Positions 37,144 to 50,979 of a DNA stretch of 64,000 nt are shown here, one piece after another; the first letter of the stretch is position 1; each line of letters starts with the position of its first letter. A program made the translations under genes and the position numbers. This DNA is from Hydrolagus colliei. Its lineage: Eukaryota. The stretch lies in NCBI GenBank assembly GCA_035084275.1, contig CM068754.1:8990001-9054000 (forward strand), given 5' to 3'. Below the pieces are notes generated by a model. It made no database searches, was not told where the DNA came from, and saw only the letters and a list, made by a program, of their open reading frames with translations.

Positions 37144-38295
37144 CTTTTTTGGAGGGCGGGAAAAAGCACACAAAAACAAGTTTGCATTCGACCACCAAAC
37201 CAGCCTGAAACATTGCTTTGTCAAACATTACGTTGCTCCTGTTTTAACATCACTGTTTCACGGTTTTTCTCTGATTTAAGCTGGTGGCTATTTTAAAGAA
37301 ACAAATGAAATATTTTTTTTTATTTTAAATTTTGAAATGAACTCTCCTTAATGAGAACCCAATAAGTTTCTTTAATCAAAAAAGAATAGAAATATGAATA
37401 AGTATATCACAGATGTTTAGTAAGTACAGTATTAGATTACACTGGCAGGACATTTTGTAATATTTTCTGTCCAGTTGTTAGTTATTGATTCATTTCCTTC
37501 TACAGAGAATATTGCATTCTGGAAGGAAGGAGATAAGATTGTGCAACCTTCCCATCATAGATCCCTTAACATCCAAGAAACACTTTATCTCAGATACTCA
37601 TTCCTCCAACAACTACCCACCCACCTCCACCTGGATGTAATATATGCATGGGACATGACTAATACATAACAATAATCCTTACATTTGATAATAATTACAT
37701 AAACACTATTCACTATACACAGAATGTTTTTTCCAGAAAAATAGTAAATTGTAAACTCCACCAAACTGGTAGCAAACTCACAGCAGAAATAAGAAATGCT
37801 GCCAATGAGGAACATCCAGTACAACAAGCATACAATAACACTACCCCTACCTACCCATACTCTAACTCAGTACAAGGTTATCCTAATTAGATTTGTTGGC
37901 ATAATTTATGCCTACTTTCTGGACCTTCTCATGGAGATAATATATTGGCTCTTGTTATTATCTTAAGAGAAGCGTTATTAAATTTATTCTACTGATGGAC
38001 TTTGGAAGAAATTGTATAGAACACCTCAGGTCTTAAAAATAATTTTAAGTGCAAAGTTACTTTCTATTTTAATCTGATTATGATCTTACTTGCTTTATTC
38101 AATGTGTTTAAGTGTTCTGAGCAAACCAGGATTATTCTGACCAACATCAGAATGACTCATTTTAAACCCACCATAATTCTGGGCAAATAATGAAAACCAA
38201 TGTACAGTATTACAATTTTGGTAAGAATTTGTAATGAATGACTTCTACCGTCAAACATTCATAGAATCTGTGCTGGGGACAAATTGTTTGATGTA

Positions 38296-38680
38296 CAACA
38301 ACAACAAAATTACATTTGTTTGGTGCCCTTCACGTCGGGAGGACGTCCCAAAGGGTTGGACAGTCAGTATCTCAGACCCTAGCTGGGGTCGGGATCGTGG
38401 AGGGAAGGGGGCTTACCAATGGCACGGTCGAAGAGGAAGGTCTTGAGGCAGGATGCGAAGGAGGCTAAGGAGGGGTTGAGGTGGAGGGATTGCATGCATG
38501 ATGGAATTCCAAAGGTTGGGGGCAGAGTGACTGAAGGCTCGCCTGCCGATGGTGGGACGGGTGGGTCAGAGTACCTGGAGCAGGCAGGAATCCGCTGAGT
38601 GGAGGGAGTGGGCAGGTTGGTAGGGGATTAGTAGGTCACGGAGGTAGGGGGAAAAGCCATGTACGGCTTTAAAGGTGTAA
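38296..38680 (-). mobile_element. Older L2 3' fragment, inverted relative to most copies
   Basis: (caa)n aattacattt...cttcacgtcgggaggacgtccca, followed by GC-rich sequence that is the reverse complement of the L2 RT C-terminus. Confidence 0.8.
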
Positions 38681-40229
38681 TATTAAAACAAGGTGCTAAA
38701 TGTACAAAACACAAGAGGTTTTGAAATAGGCTTCCATATGAACTGCATGTACCTCTGAAATGTATATGTTCTGTATGTTATGAGTATATTACTTGGGCTA
38801 TTGATACATTTTACAAATTATATATTGGATAAGAGTTCACTGAAAGCTTTGTGTGTGGAGAGAAAGCCAACAGTTAAATTCAATTGTCTGCATTAACATT
38901 TTGAATTTCTTTACTTTTGATAAGTAATGATAACTATGACACATAACCAGTAACCCAAATGGGCCTTTTACTTACAGGGTTGTAGACATGCTTATATCTC
39001 CAAATTGCAGTGATGAGACCAGTCAACTATCAATAATGACGTGGATTACTGGCTCCTAGGAAAACATTTTAGCCTTGGTACCTGCTTATCGACCTCTAAA
39101 GGATACAGGAGCAATTGGGTGTTGAATTCAGAACTTTCTGGTCTCAAATCCGATGCTCAAAGGAAATAGGTACCCAGGGTATATATTTTGTCAGATCTGA
39201 TATATGTGCGAGTCATTCATGGCATTAGTTGTGATGGCCAAAATAATGGCTGTTTTGGGGTCAAAATGTGGACATTTAAAAAGTCATCATTCTTTTTAAC
39301 CCCACATTTAGCAATGTTTTGGGTGACCAGTTAACAGGTTTTGTGAGCATAACCTCTCGACTCCTTTTCCCATACTTAAAAAAAAAAGCAGATTTATTTT
39401 GATATCAGACCACGCTCAACAAACCTTCAAAAGAAATCCAGAGTTGTATTCACCATGCTAAACATAATAAGAAGGTTTCCATTTCATAAGCAAGATGAAG
39501 GGGCATGGTTCAAGGTAAATTAAGCAAAAGCTAGTCTTTCTTTCTTCCATTGAATAGGTTGAGACCCACAGATGTTCTACTAATTGCCTATAAATGAAGA
39601 GTCCTGTCTCTTGTACTCTTTGTGTTTAAAGCATCTCTCGCTCACTCCCACCCCCAAACTAAGCAGTATTTTCCTTGTAAATGATCAGAGCAGTTTCTAA
39701 CTGCCTTATGAGTGTGACCATTTCATATATTTGATTGAATGGCATTCACAATAATCAACATGTCAAGAATTTAGGTGATTAGGTTACTCCAATCCTGGGG
39801 CCTTCAAGGCATTTGCATGGAATCAACAAAGAAACCGTGCCATAAGCAGAGCACTCTTATTTTTATGTGTGTTTGCGTTGGCTGCTCACCGTGGACAAGA
39901 TGGTTAATACAAGTTAGAGTTGTAAAGTACAAGTGTTAAAAGCACCTACCATTTGTAGTGGATAATTACTCTACAATTATTTTATTTTATACCATGACAT
40001 ATACCTTTTAGTCCAGGTATATGATTTCTTATTCAGTTACTTAAAAAATAACCACAAGCGCACATATAGATGTATAGATAGATATATATACTGTATATTG
40101 TCATTTTCTTTCTATCTCTCTCTATCTCTTGACTCTCAGACACACAGTCATACATAGTAATTGCTTAGCAAGTCCTCACAGGCCTGCTCTTGCTGGCCTA
40201 AGAAAAAGGTACATGCGGACCATGCTTAC

Positions 40230-40385
40230 TGTTGGCTAACAGGTGGTTCTGTTGGAGTGGACTAAGCGGGTGTGTGGCTGCGAGACTGTGCTGACCAGAC
40301 ACTGTGGCGTGGCTGACTACATGCTGTGACCCTGTGGTAGTGGGTGACTGGAGTTTCTCCTTGTCCCACGAAGATTCACTTCCAC
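40230..40385 (-). CDS. DACH2: Dachshund homolog exon, 156 bp, phase 1-1: GGSESSWDKEKLQSPTTTGSQHVVSHATVSGQHSLAATHPLSPLQQNHLLAN
   Basis: Acceptor cacttcag| and donor |gtaagc. Carries the DACH2 motifs GGSESSWDK and PLQQNHLL; in frame with both neighbours. Confidence 0.92.
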
Positions 40386-43359
40386 CTGAAGTGCATGAAC
40401 AAACGGATCATAAATTAGGTAATCAGAAACAAAGAGAGAACATTTACTCCTCGTCTCAGTAGACTAAGCAATTGAGTTTGTGAGCACAGCTGAAATAAAC
40501 CTGCATACGAGGCACAGAGAACACAAGTTAATATTCAATACCCAACTTTTTTTAAGGATATTAGTCATTTTATTCTTTGGATTGTATCAGCAGCGACTCC
40601 AACTAGTTCTGATGAATTTCTGCATTTAGAGTTATAAATCACAGCACAGGAGCTGAGAGAAGGCATATCATAAACCGAGGCACAGTCTGGTGATTGAAAT
40701 TGCAGCGAGCTTTCATTCAATATTGCACAGTTTCAGGTATACACCAGTTATTATCTGTTGAAGGGGATTTTGCTTCTCTACATGTATTTAAGGCAAAGAT
40801 CTGTGGTCGCTTCTATCATAGTAGTCACATGACATCTAAAATAAACCCATATCAAAATTGTACGAATTTAAAAAAATAGATATACACACGCGCATGGAAA
40901 GTGCTTTAATCCCCACGTTAATTTTACATAAAATCTGAAATCAATATTTAAAACAGTGTTTGAGGAAAAGGTGGTATAGACAATTAGCAGTTATGGACAA
41001 GTAAATTATCTACAAATATACCTAAGCAGCATTTAATACTTTGAGAAGCTTACTTTACTATTTTTTCATTAACCTTTAAAATGGCAATCTAGAACTAAAT
41101 TGTGACTTTGTTTCACTCCATCCTCATTACATAGATTTAAATTTATGATCATTTATGGGGGGGGAAGCTTATTTAATGGACTGAGAAATCAAATATTTCA
41201 GAATTAATAGCAAATCATTCCTACAAGCTGAGACCTTGAGTGTAGATGCCCACTGCTTCTCTTAGGGCCAATGAATTGGACTAGCACAGTTTAAGATTGA
41301 CAAGGTGCTCAGTATTCCGATCACAAAACCCATCCTCCGTATAAACTATTTGATGGCAAATGGTTTATATTAGTCATGTGAAAAATAAAGCAAGGTTAAA
41401 GAATAGGGATACAAACTGACATTTATGGATTTTATTTCTGGTCATATCCAATGTTTGCCTTTTCTGGAATATGTCAGAATAGAACATATTTTCTTTTTTA
41501 ACTTATTTAAATATACTATGCACAGTTTGAAGAAATTTACAGCAAAGAATACAAGCAGTTGGTAAATAAGGAAAAATATCCAAAGGAAAGTTAAAAACGG
41601 AATTGAATGATATTACAATATCCATTACATCTATATGTGATCAGTAACAACATCCAGTTTTAATATTCATCAGGTTATCCATGATTCACCTTTCTATTTA
41701 TAAACCAGATTCATACACAACTAGGATTAAAAAGAATGTGGTTCACAAAGTAAAATAATTTGTTTAAAATGCTTTGACTCAGAAATTTTGATATTTGCAA
41801 TCTTCTGCTTCCAATTATTTAAAGTGTTGTTAGAGCAATCTACCCATTCAGGTATTTGAACACAATGTGCTCTTGATGCTCAGTGGAGTAGTCATGTTGG
41901 AAATTAATATTTTTATTGCATACTAGTGCATCGTATTTAAAATGGGAACACATTAAATTGGTAATAGAGAAATCTTAAAATCAATGTGCATGAGATTGCT
42001 CATTATGCAGAGAGAGATCTATGGGTAAACAAGCAGGTGGTGTTTTTCATTACAGATTTGAAGACTGATTATTTTTGATGATAATATGAATTAAATTTCT
42101 TCTCTGTAGAGTTCTGACTATTACATAGGGGAACATTCCTAATAGACAGAGAATGTCTACGGCAACACTAATGGCTTTGGTAAATACCTGAGGCAAATGT
42201 GCTGTCACCTTGACATCTATAATTCACTGGATGCTTGCAGAGAGATACTTGTGGTGGTGTATTAATTATAACCTTTTGACCTTAAAGACAATAGGCTATT
42301 TTTTTCCTTTTGGGATGGGAGTGATGAGGGTTGGGGGGGGTGGTGGTCTCCTAACCATGTCTCAAAGGAAAAAGTCAGACTTTGTGGCAGACTTAATGAT
42401 TGTGTTCACTTGGTATTTTATCAGTATTTTCACTGTCATATTCAAAGTATGCAAGTTGGATGATAATATGTACTGCTTGAGTCACCAAAGCTACAACTCA
42501 ATTTTGTGTGTCTGGGGTAGGGGGGAAACGGCCATAGGAATTGACCCGTAAATGTGTGTTTTCCCCGAAATAGATTTTTAAAATAGTTTATCTTGTTGAA
42601 TTCTTACTCCTTTCATTAGCAAACACCAGAGTAGCTTCTTAAAAAGTCCTGGCATAGCAACTGAGCCTGATATCCCACTGATCCTCACAACTAAGCGCAC
42701 CACAGTCTATGCCAATCCTGTGGCCTACAACGGTACAACATATCTATTTGATGCTGACCTCGTACATGCTGGAAATCTGGCTTGTGTCACCACAAAAACA
42801 TTTCTTAAAAAAGTTTTTAAAAGCACTGATCACTTTTCGAGATTACCAGAACACAAAGGAACTCAGCCACATGCATTTCCTAATTTGTAAATGATTCAGT
42901 AAAGGAACAAGGAGGGGGGGAAATAATTTGTACAAAAAGCTGATATCAGTTATTCACTTCATAGCTCTTTACAGGATATTGCTGTGCACAATTGGCTGCC
43001 ACCTGCCCACCCCCACCACACACATACTCACAGAGGTAATGGATATATAGTTAGTTTGAAGAATCAATCCTCACTGATGAATCGCACTGTTTCCAGTTAC
43101 AAGCCAATTTGGAACTGCAAATCCAGATTATTAACTCTTATGGTCCTAGCTTGTAAGATTACACTGGTCAGGGAAATCCCATTGTAAGCAATTTATAAAC
43201 CAGCAAAAACATGTATCCTTCATGGTAAGATAAGACTAGTATTTCTGGAACTGTCAATGTCTCATTTAAGATGTCAGGATGACCGCACAGTGTTAGGGCT
43301 TCGACTCAGCAGGACCAAAGATGGTCTAACATTGCAGGAGCTGGACTGTGCTCCAAGCT

Positions 43360-43503
43360 CAACAACAACAACAAAGTTATATTTATATAGCTCAGGATCT
43401 ATTAGGTGAAGGATGACTTCTATGTACTTCTATGCCTTGGGATGTCCTCCCGACGTGAAAGGCGCTATATAAATGTAAATTGTTGTTGTTGTTGTTGTTG
43501 TTT
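43360..43503. repeat. Two L2/SINE tails in opposite orientation
   Basis: caacaacaacaacaaagttatatttatatagc (minus) and gccttgggatgtcctcccgacgtgaaaggcgctatataaatgtaaa(ttg)n (plus). Confidence 0.75.
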
Positions 43504-46220
43504 AATGCTTTCACTGAACAGCAAAACATTTTGCCATGAAATGTCCAGAAATTATAGCATTCAAAAACACATTTCATTGAATTTCATTACACCCAAAAAT
43601 GACAGTTAAAAGTCAGATGAATCACAACACTATAATTCTATCATGTTGCCTCTGTGAAATGAAATACAGAAACATAATGGGACTTTGTTCATTTCTGAAA
43701 TACAGAAAGTAGATGTATGTTTCTTTATTACTTTTAATAACATTTTTATGGGTATGGAATGGCATTTTAATGTTTAGATTGTGTTTTGTCTGTTACATAG
43801 ACCTTGGCAATACAAATCTCTTAAAGTTTTATGGATTTAAGCCATAAATGTTAGTTTTCCTGGGACATATAAAAAAAAATGAAAATAGATTGTGGCTTGC
43901 AAACAAAGCCCCTGAGGCAAAATCATGTTGATCCCACTTTGTTTTGTGTTTGTGCAGAAATTTCAACTAACATCTTCTTGCCTGGAGGGGTTCCTGTGTA
44001 ATTTTTACCCTTCATTTCTGAGATGGGCTCCAGTCTACTTCTAATTGAAGTATTTTACATTAAACTCTACCAACAACACAATTGGGGAACAAAATGCAAT
44101 ATTCCAAATGAAATTATCACATCAAATTTGTTATGAAAGGCTGCATTTTTCACTCCCAACATTCCATCATGTGTTGTTCCTAAATGGTTCCTAAATATCT
44201 AAATAATGATCAAAAGTAAATTATGCATAAGTTTAAACGATTAAACCCTTGAAATTCAATCTTCTGTTTTATTGGAATACCAATTTATTATATTGCAATC
44301 ATAATCCAATAGTTTTATTCATTTTCTTTTCAGTTTAGTTTGAGATGCGGTTGAATTTGTGACTGTGCCCATCTCCCTCAATAGTTGTGTGATAATGTTG
44401 TAAAATGCCATTGCTTAAGATTAGATCTGAATTGAGTGCAGTTTATCAAATGAAAAGTTATGTCCTCAGAGGAAATTGTATGGAACCAGTGGAATTAGTT
44501 TATGCAGCGATGTGCAGTGTGCTAAGAAATTGTCCAATATTAACTGACGTATATCCTATAAGTCTGATAACGCACAACTTCCTCCCATGGATAAAGAGAT
44601 TCATTCAGTTCAAGAGCCGGGTGCTGATAATTGTAGACCTTGTGCCCATTGTGTTTTTTTTAAGAAAAGGAAATGATTTGTCTATTATAATTATAATGTG
44701 GTAAGTCTCCTCTTTCATGTTTTACTATTGCTGTGTAAGCACAATATCCATTTCCCCAGCAGATATGCTTTTCAAAATATCAAAACTGCAATGATGTTTT
44801 CAAAGAGGCTGCTTCCGAAACATTGATCAAATGTGTGTGTGTGTGTGGTTTTTTTTTTGCAATTAGGCACTGGCTGGGCACCCGCCCACTCAATCCATAC
44901 TTTGATAACACTTTAGATGTTATGCTACACACATTCTTTCAGTTCTTTACAGTAATGGGTTTTGTTTTTGTCTCCATTGTTGGGACAAAAGAAAATTAGT
45001 GAAGTCGTAATAAAATGAACGTTGTTCTATAGAGAATGGGGAAAGAGGGGAGGAGAGAAGAGAATAGGGCAATGGTGAGTCATTATTATTGTCATTGCCA
45101 ACTGGAACACTAGTAGTTGGGACTATTTCAAACAGTCTTTCAGTGACAATACTGTCTTCTCCAGAAGCCTAACCTGCCACATTATCGTACCATGATGCCA
45201 CTTGGGTGATTAATATAGCTCATATTCCTAGCAAGTACCGAGACCTGCTAACAAATTGCATGTGTTTGTCATATTTCTTCTGAGCAATGCCATCTGCCAG
45301 AAGTGGCATTTTCATGGCTCTTCACCCTGACTCCTGCCAAGGAATCATCTGGCAGTGCCTAATGCTGCACAAAAAAGGGATTAAGGATGAAATGCAACAG
45401 AGAATATTGATAATTTTCTGTAACTGGTGAAGAATGAAGATGAATGAGGTAAAGGAAGCAAATGCAATTAGTTCAGCAGGCTTTACAGCTGTGCTCTCGG
45501 ACTGGCTCCCCTGGCCTTATCTAGCCAACATACAGCACTCTATGTGCAACATTAAATACTGTAATATAATGTGCTGCTCTCAAAATGTTCACATTCAGTA
45601 CTTTTCAAATCCATAGAAACCCGGAAGTTGAGATTGTACTATGAAAAGTCATTTTCCTTTGACTTGACATTGATCTGTGTATGGCAGCTTGAACAGAAAG
45701 AAAATATTTTTACTTTATCCTATTGTTGTGATTTTCAATATTTAAGGTCAACTTACAGCAGTACTTGTCTTGCTTTCAAAACAGCATTTTTAAAGGAAAA
45801 AATAGGCTGAACAGCAGTATTGGCTTCAGATTTGCAGAGAGAGGGGAATATCTAAAAGAGATCCTAGTCCTGTTTGCTATTGAATGACACCCCCTCCCCA
45901 ACTCCATGTGTACACTGATATCAGCTGAAGATGGATTTGTACTGTCCAATAACCTGTTAGGGCTCACTGGACTGATGGTGAGGTATTCAGAGGGTTATCC
46001 ATGCCCAAGAAATCATGTCCCAACAGAAAATAGTTCTTCCAAGAGGTGAGAGTAGGGAAGGAAACAAAATTCCTACTTGAATATTAACCAGTCAGGAATG
46101 CCTACAAATTGTCACTAACCATGACAGTAGCTAACTGGGCAGCACATTGTTTCACTGTGATAAGCGCCTATATATTAAAAATTGAAGCTATTTCTTTCTA
46201 ACCCACCTTTTACATTATGA

Positions 46221-46598
46221 CAGTAAAACCTTGTTTATCTGGTACCCAACCAAACAGCATTCTCAACCACCCGGTATCTCCCAATACAATTCATCATTAC
46301 AGCAACCGGATCTCACACCGTAGCCATCCGGGACACTCGTGGTATGCTCACTTTGCGCATGCGCACTTATTAAACTTACCGAATGCTGGAATGCTTTTTT
46401 TACCGATCATTTTACCGAGTGTGCTGGAATGCTTTATTGGTAAGTATCCATATAATATTCTGTTATTAATATGGTATGTTTTAAAATAAGTTTTAAAAAA
46501 TGTTGGATTTTCAATAACTTGCCACTCGAATATCCAGCATTTTTCATTAATCGGCAACGGTCAGGTTCCGAGGGTGCTGGATAACAAAGGTTTTAGTG
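46221..46598. mobile_element. Tigger/pogo-like MITE (~380 bp)
   Basis: Imperfect TIRs cagtaaaaccttgtttatctgg and ctggataacaaaggttttagtg. TA on the right flank, GA on the left. No coding capacity. Confidence 0.75.
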
Positions 46599-47989
46599 TA
46601 TTATAATTCTTAGATGATACATTTGCATCAGTACAAGAACAAACCTCAACATATTCAGAACTTTCTGGTATGATTGGCTTAGATGAGCAGCTAAAAGTCA
46701 ATCAATATTTTTCAAGACCTGTTCTTCCAAGGCCCGTGAAGTATTTTGAATTTGATAAAACTAAAACAACATCTCCTTTGGGGTATGTTAACGGGCATTG
46801 TGTAAATCTAAAAAACCATTCCTTTTCTGCCCATCTCGTATTAGAGAGTGTATTGTGCAAGCGTTTTATCCACCCTGCCCTACAGAGATCTGGACATTCA
46901 TGTTTTCCTCTGATGTTGCTTCAATATATCATATGATGGGAATAACTCCTCAAAGTCTAACAATCTAAAGAGCGTGACTGATATTTGTTTGTGAAATCAA
47001 AAGATTCTGCGTTTACTTAGAAGCCTCCATCCATTACTGTACTGACCTTTCTTTCCAGAAGCGAAGTGAGGGAATGTTTAATGTTTGCTTTGTGGTGGAA
47101 TTAAAGGGTTTTCCTCGACTTTCAAATGAAAAGAATATTTTAGTAGCCGAGTCCTCAGATCTACACTAAAACTGTTTCCTGTCAGTTAAGGGGACTCGTT
47201 GACTTGAAAAAGCATTTGGAAGTGAATCATGTTGAAATGGATCATTATGTCATTTGAAACTGACATCACTACGATGGACATAACACACAACCCTTTCGAC
47301 TGTTCTTTCTTGCACTCTCTTTCTCTCTTCCCTCCCCTCCCCATGACTACCATCCCCAATGGTAACATGCATGTGTAGCATGCTTGCACAATAACTGTAA
47401 AATGTTGTCCTTAAATTTGCAGTCACACTCTTCCAAATCATCTAATTACTGAGTTTCTGCTATTTGTGAAAATTTTCTCAAAGATACATTTGCTGAGGAA
47501 AAAGAAGCATCTTTATACATGTGATAAATGATTCAAGATGGAGAAATGGCACTATTGAACTGCACAGGGTATTCTGAACTTTATTACACCAGTGGTTTGT
47601 AGTTGAGAAGTATTTGAAAAGATGTCAAAGCTTGTATTTTTATATTCTGAACAAATAGTTATTTTGAGAGGCTGGAGCATAGGATATTGGCACTCGCTTG
47701 TTCTGTGTGTCAAATCATATTTTGTCTGAACGGTCATTCACTTACCGGCCTATATTCACCCAATGTCCAATGATGCTAATAGACCACAAATACTACATCT
47801 ATTATTTTATTCACAAAAAGAATGTACTTGAAAGATGTGCAGAAGAAGAGTATCAGAATTGTTAACAATCATATACAGTACAATAGAAAATTAGCTTCCA
47901 CACCACTGGATTTAAGGAGGGAACAAATTCACTATGGATTCAGTTATGTCTGAGGAAATTTGTGTACAAGTGTGTGTGTGTGAAGAGCG

Positions 47990-48080
47990 TATATTGTAAA
48001 TGGAATTGACTGCATATTGTGGGCAAAACACAGCAGCCAATTGTGAACAGCAGGGTCCCACAAACAGTGGATTGAAAATT
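47990..48080 (-). mobile_element. Deu-core SINE fragment
   Basis: aaacacagcagccaattgtgaacagcagggtcccacaaacagtggattgaaa matches the 55110-55170 copy. Confidence 0.7.
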
Positions 48081-48689
48081 AGTGCACCCTTGCATTTGTT
48101 GGACATCGCGTAGTCTATGTGGACTCTTAGTATTTTCACAGGGGTTTACGAAGAGGCAATAACTATTCAACAAAGTACCTGGTACCTTTTTATTCCATGA
48201 CTACTAAAACCTTCACCGACTATGATTTTAAAATGTAAATGTTACTAAATGGTATGGGGAAAATTATTTTCAAATTTTTCATTTTTAATTTGCTAATGAA
48301 CAGGTAGTGAACAGTAAACTAATTATGATTCACTATGCAATAATCCCTCTCCTTCATCTAAATGTAGTAAATTCTAATCTGCTAATGGCCCTCTTACAAA
48401 TGGGACAGCATTATTTCTGCGGAGCTGATGTGAAGCAGTTGACGCTTTTCCACTGCTTTTAGGCACATACAGACGTGGAAATTGTGAGGTTAAGACACAT
48501 TCTTCAGGCATTAAATCTAGAGTGAGCTAGGAGGTGCCAAGTGGCCTTATTTAGGATTTTGATTGCAGTGGGATTTGTCTGCCAGAAAAGACAATGCCAC
48601 TAACACAGGTACCATAGTCAGTCAATCACAGCACCCCGGGGTGGCTGGTGTTTCATTATTTTTGTAATTTACTAATTAAAGTTTCAGAA

Positions 48690-48990
48690 ATGGCTCTTAG
48701 CCAGTTGCCAAGTGTAGAATGGAGTTGGTTGATCTCAGAAAAGGGAAATATAGGGAACCTACAATATATAGGGATCTCCTGTGTAAGTGAGATGGGTGGT
48801 GGTGGCAAAGGTGGGGGATGGGAAACACAGTGGTTTCTCGCTGATTGCCGTCCAGTCACCTCTGCAGGAAAGTGTTGGCTGAGAACAGACAGGGGCTCAG
48901 CTGTGATGCCTTCCCCAGTGGAACACTCTATCTGCATTCACACATGGGGAGTGGTCACTTTGGCATGGTACCCCAAGAGAGGGTCCAAAC
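48690..48990 (+). repeat. Ancient SINE-like repeat, homologous to 30350-30700
   Basis: ggggctcagctgtgatgcc and ttcacacatggggagtggtcactttggcatggtacc. Confidence 0.55.
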
Positions 48991-50899
48991 TTTGAGAAGA
49001 GGAGATTGCAGATGAAAATGAAGTTCCATTATTAATGTAGCTGCCAAATGATTCCGTAAATATTTGTTTTGTTTAATCATGGTCAAACCTAGCTCTGAGG
49101 TGTTAAGTGTATTAATATTACATTTATCAACAAGGAACAGATGTATTGAAGTGGGGTCCAATTGAAAGTGCTTGAGGATTTTAGAAATGATTGAACCCGA
49201 TTTGGATACTCTGTGCAGAATCCTCACCATATTGATAGCAAACAAAAAATGGCCTTCACTGAAATAACACAGAATTTCTCACAAAACAATTCTTAGAATA
49301 TTTCTCTGAGGACAACTACATCACCACTCGAGCCAAACCCTGTCACGTCAGGAACTTGGCACAGTGAGAGTGTATTCTGATTTAAAGTGACCCATATTTG
49401 AAAGAGAACACTGCAAAACAATCGATCACATCAATCTATCAGGGAACAGAAAGAAACTCTTGAATTCCAAGTACCTAGTGAAAATTAAATTCCTGCAAAT
49501 CCTGCAGTAAAATAGCCTGTAATAATTGCCCAAGTCACTTTGATCATTCATAACACAAAACCAGCCTTGAAAATGCTCATTTCCCCTTTGATATAGAATG
49601 TTTATGGATATTTTCTGCATGTCTGATCAAAGAGCCAGATTGAACTATGTTTCCTTGTGTTCTTAATCAATCTGAAATTTATGAGCGGCTGAAATATGTG
49701 TGACATACATAAGCAATTATAGTCTGATGTACAGTTTCATGATCAAATGAAGGGATCTGTTGTGTTAATGGTTATGCTGCGATTTTTCCTTTAAATGGAA
49801 GGATTATATGGAAAAGCAACAGCGCAAAGAACTACAGAAATACTGTTAACACATCTTGTTCTACCCTCTGGGCTAGTGCAGAACAATGGAAAAACAAAAT
49901 AACTGTACAAATTGGACAGCAGTGCCAGTAATGTTCTGATGCTTTTGTTTTACAGACCATTTGGTATTGGGAATTTCTGGATAGCAAGCCAAAGTTTGCA
50001 AACTGAGGGGACAGAATGAATTTCTAACAGAAATGGAACTCCCTGCCATAAATACTCTTTTTTTCAGTTGTTGCAACAGTTGATATTTTGACATATTGAA
50101 GGACGCAGTGTTTCAAATAAAAATGTTTACATGAAGGTCACAATTTCGAGTTCTTTAAACATCTCTGAATCATGAAAATGTTGGACATGCATGTCCTTCA
50201 GCTTCTTTGGTTTGGCTAAAGGCTTAGACTATTCAAAACTGTTTGAAGCCGTTAGCAGCCGCACTCCCTTTTTCATATGATGAACTACTATAAAATAGTG
50301 CCTTTGAAGGAGAATATTCATGTCTCCTTACAGCAGCGCTTTGGACCCATCTTGTGTCCCTCGAGTAGAATACTCCCAGTGAGTGGCTGATCACTAGGGG
50401 AAGCATTTTATGGAATGGCAAGCTTCTAAGCTGACATCGCTGATCGGTTCAGCATGAAGGGCAGCAACAGCAGAAATCACTGTTACCAGGACTATGAGCC
50501 AATCTAAAAATAACTTTTCTAACCCATATTAGCCTTCTCTGTGCAAGGTGCCCTGTACAGGAAAAATTACAGTCAGTTCTCAATCTATATAGAGGGACTG
50601 TAACTTGGTACTTGCCCTCCACACCATTCTCCTCCTGTTTGTTGACCCATTTCTTAAAAGTTTTCCTCGAAGTGAACTGAAAATCCTGCTTTACAGATGT
50701 GTAAGGAAATTATTTCTTAAGGAATACCATTCCCAGTCTCACAGTGCAAATTCAGTTGGTTCAAATCACCCTGGACTTTCTTCCCTGTGTCCTGTACAAA
50801 CTACGTGGACCTCTGAGCAAACACTGCATTTTAAGGGTATGAAGGGACCAGTCACACACACACATGCCCATATGAGCCCACACCCATTTTTAGTATTCC

Positions 50900-50979
50900 C
50901 TGTATATAGCATGGAAAGAGCTCTGGGACGTTACCCCGTATGAAAGGTGCTGTATAAATGCAAATTGTTGTTGTTGTTG
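50900..50979 (+). repeat. L2/SINE tail with (TTG)n
   Basis: ctgggacgttaccccgtatgaaaggtgctgtataaatgcaaa(ttg)n. Confidence 0.7.
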
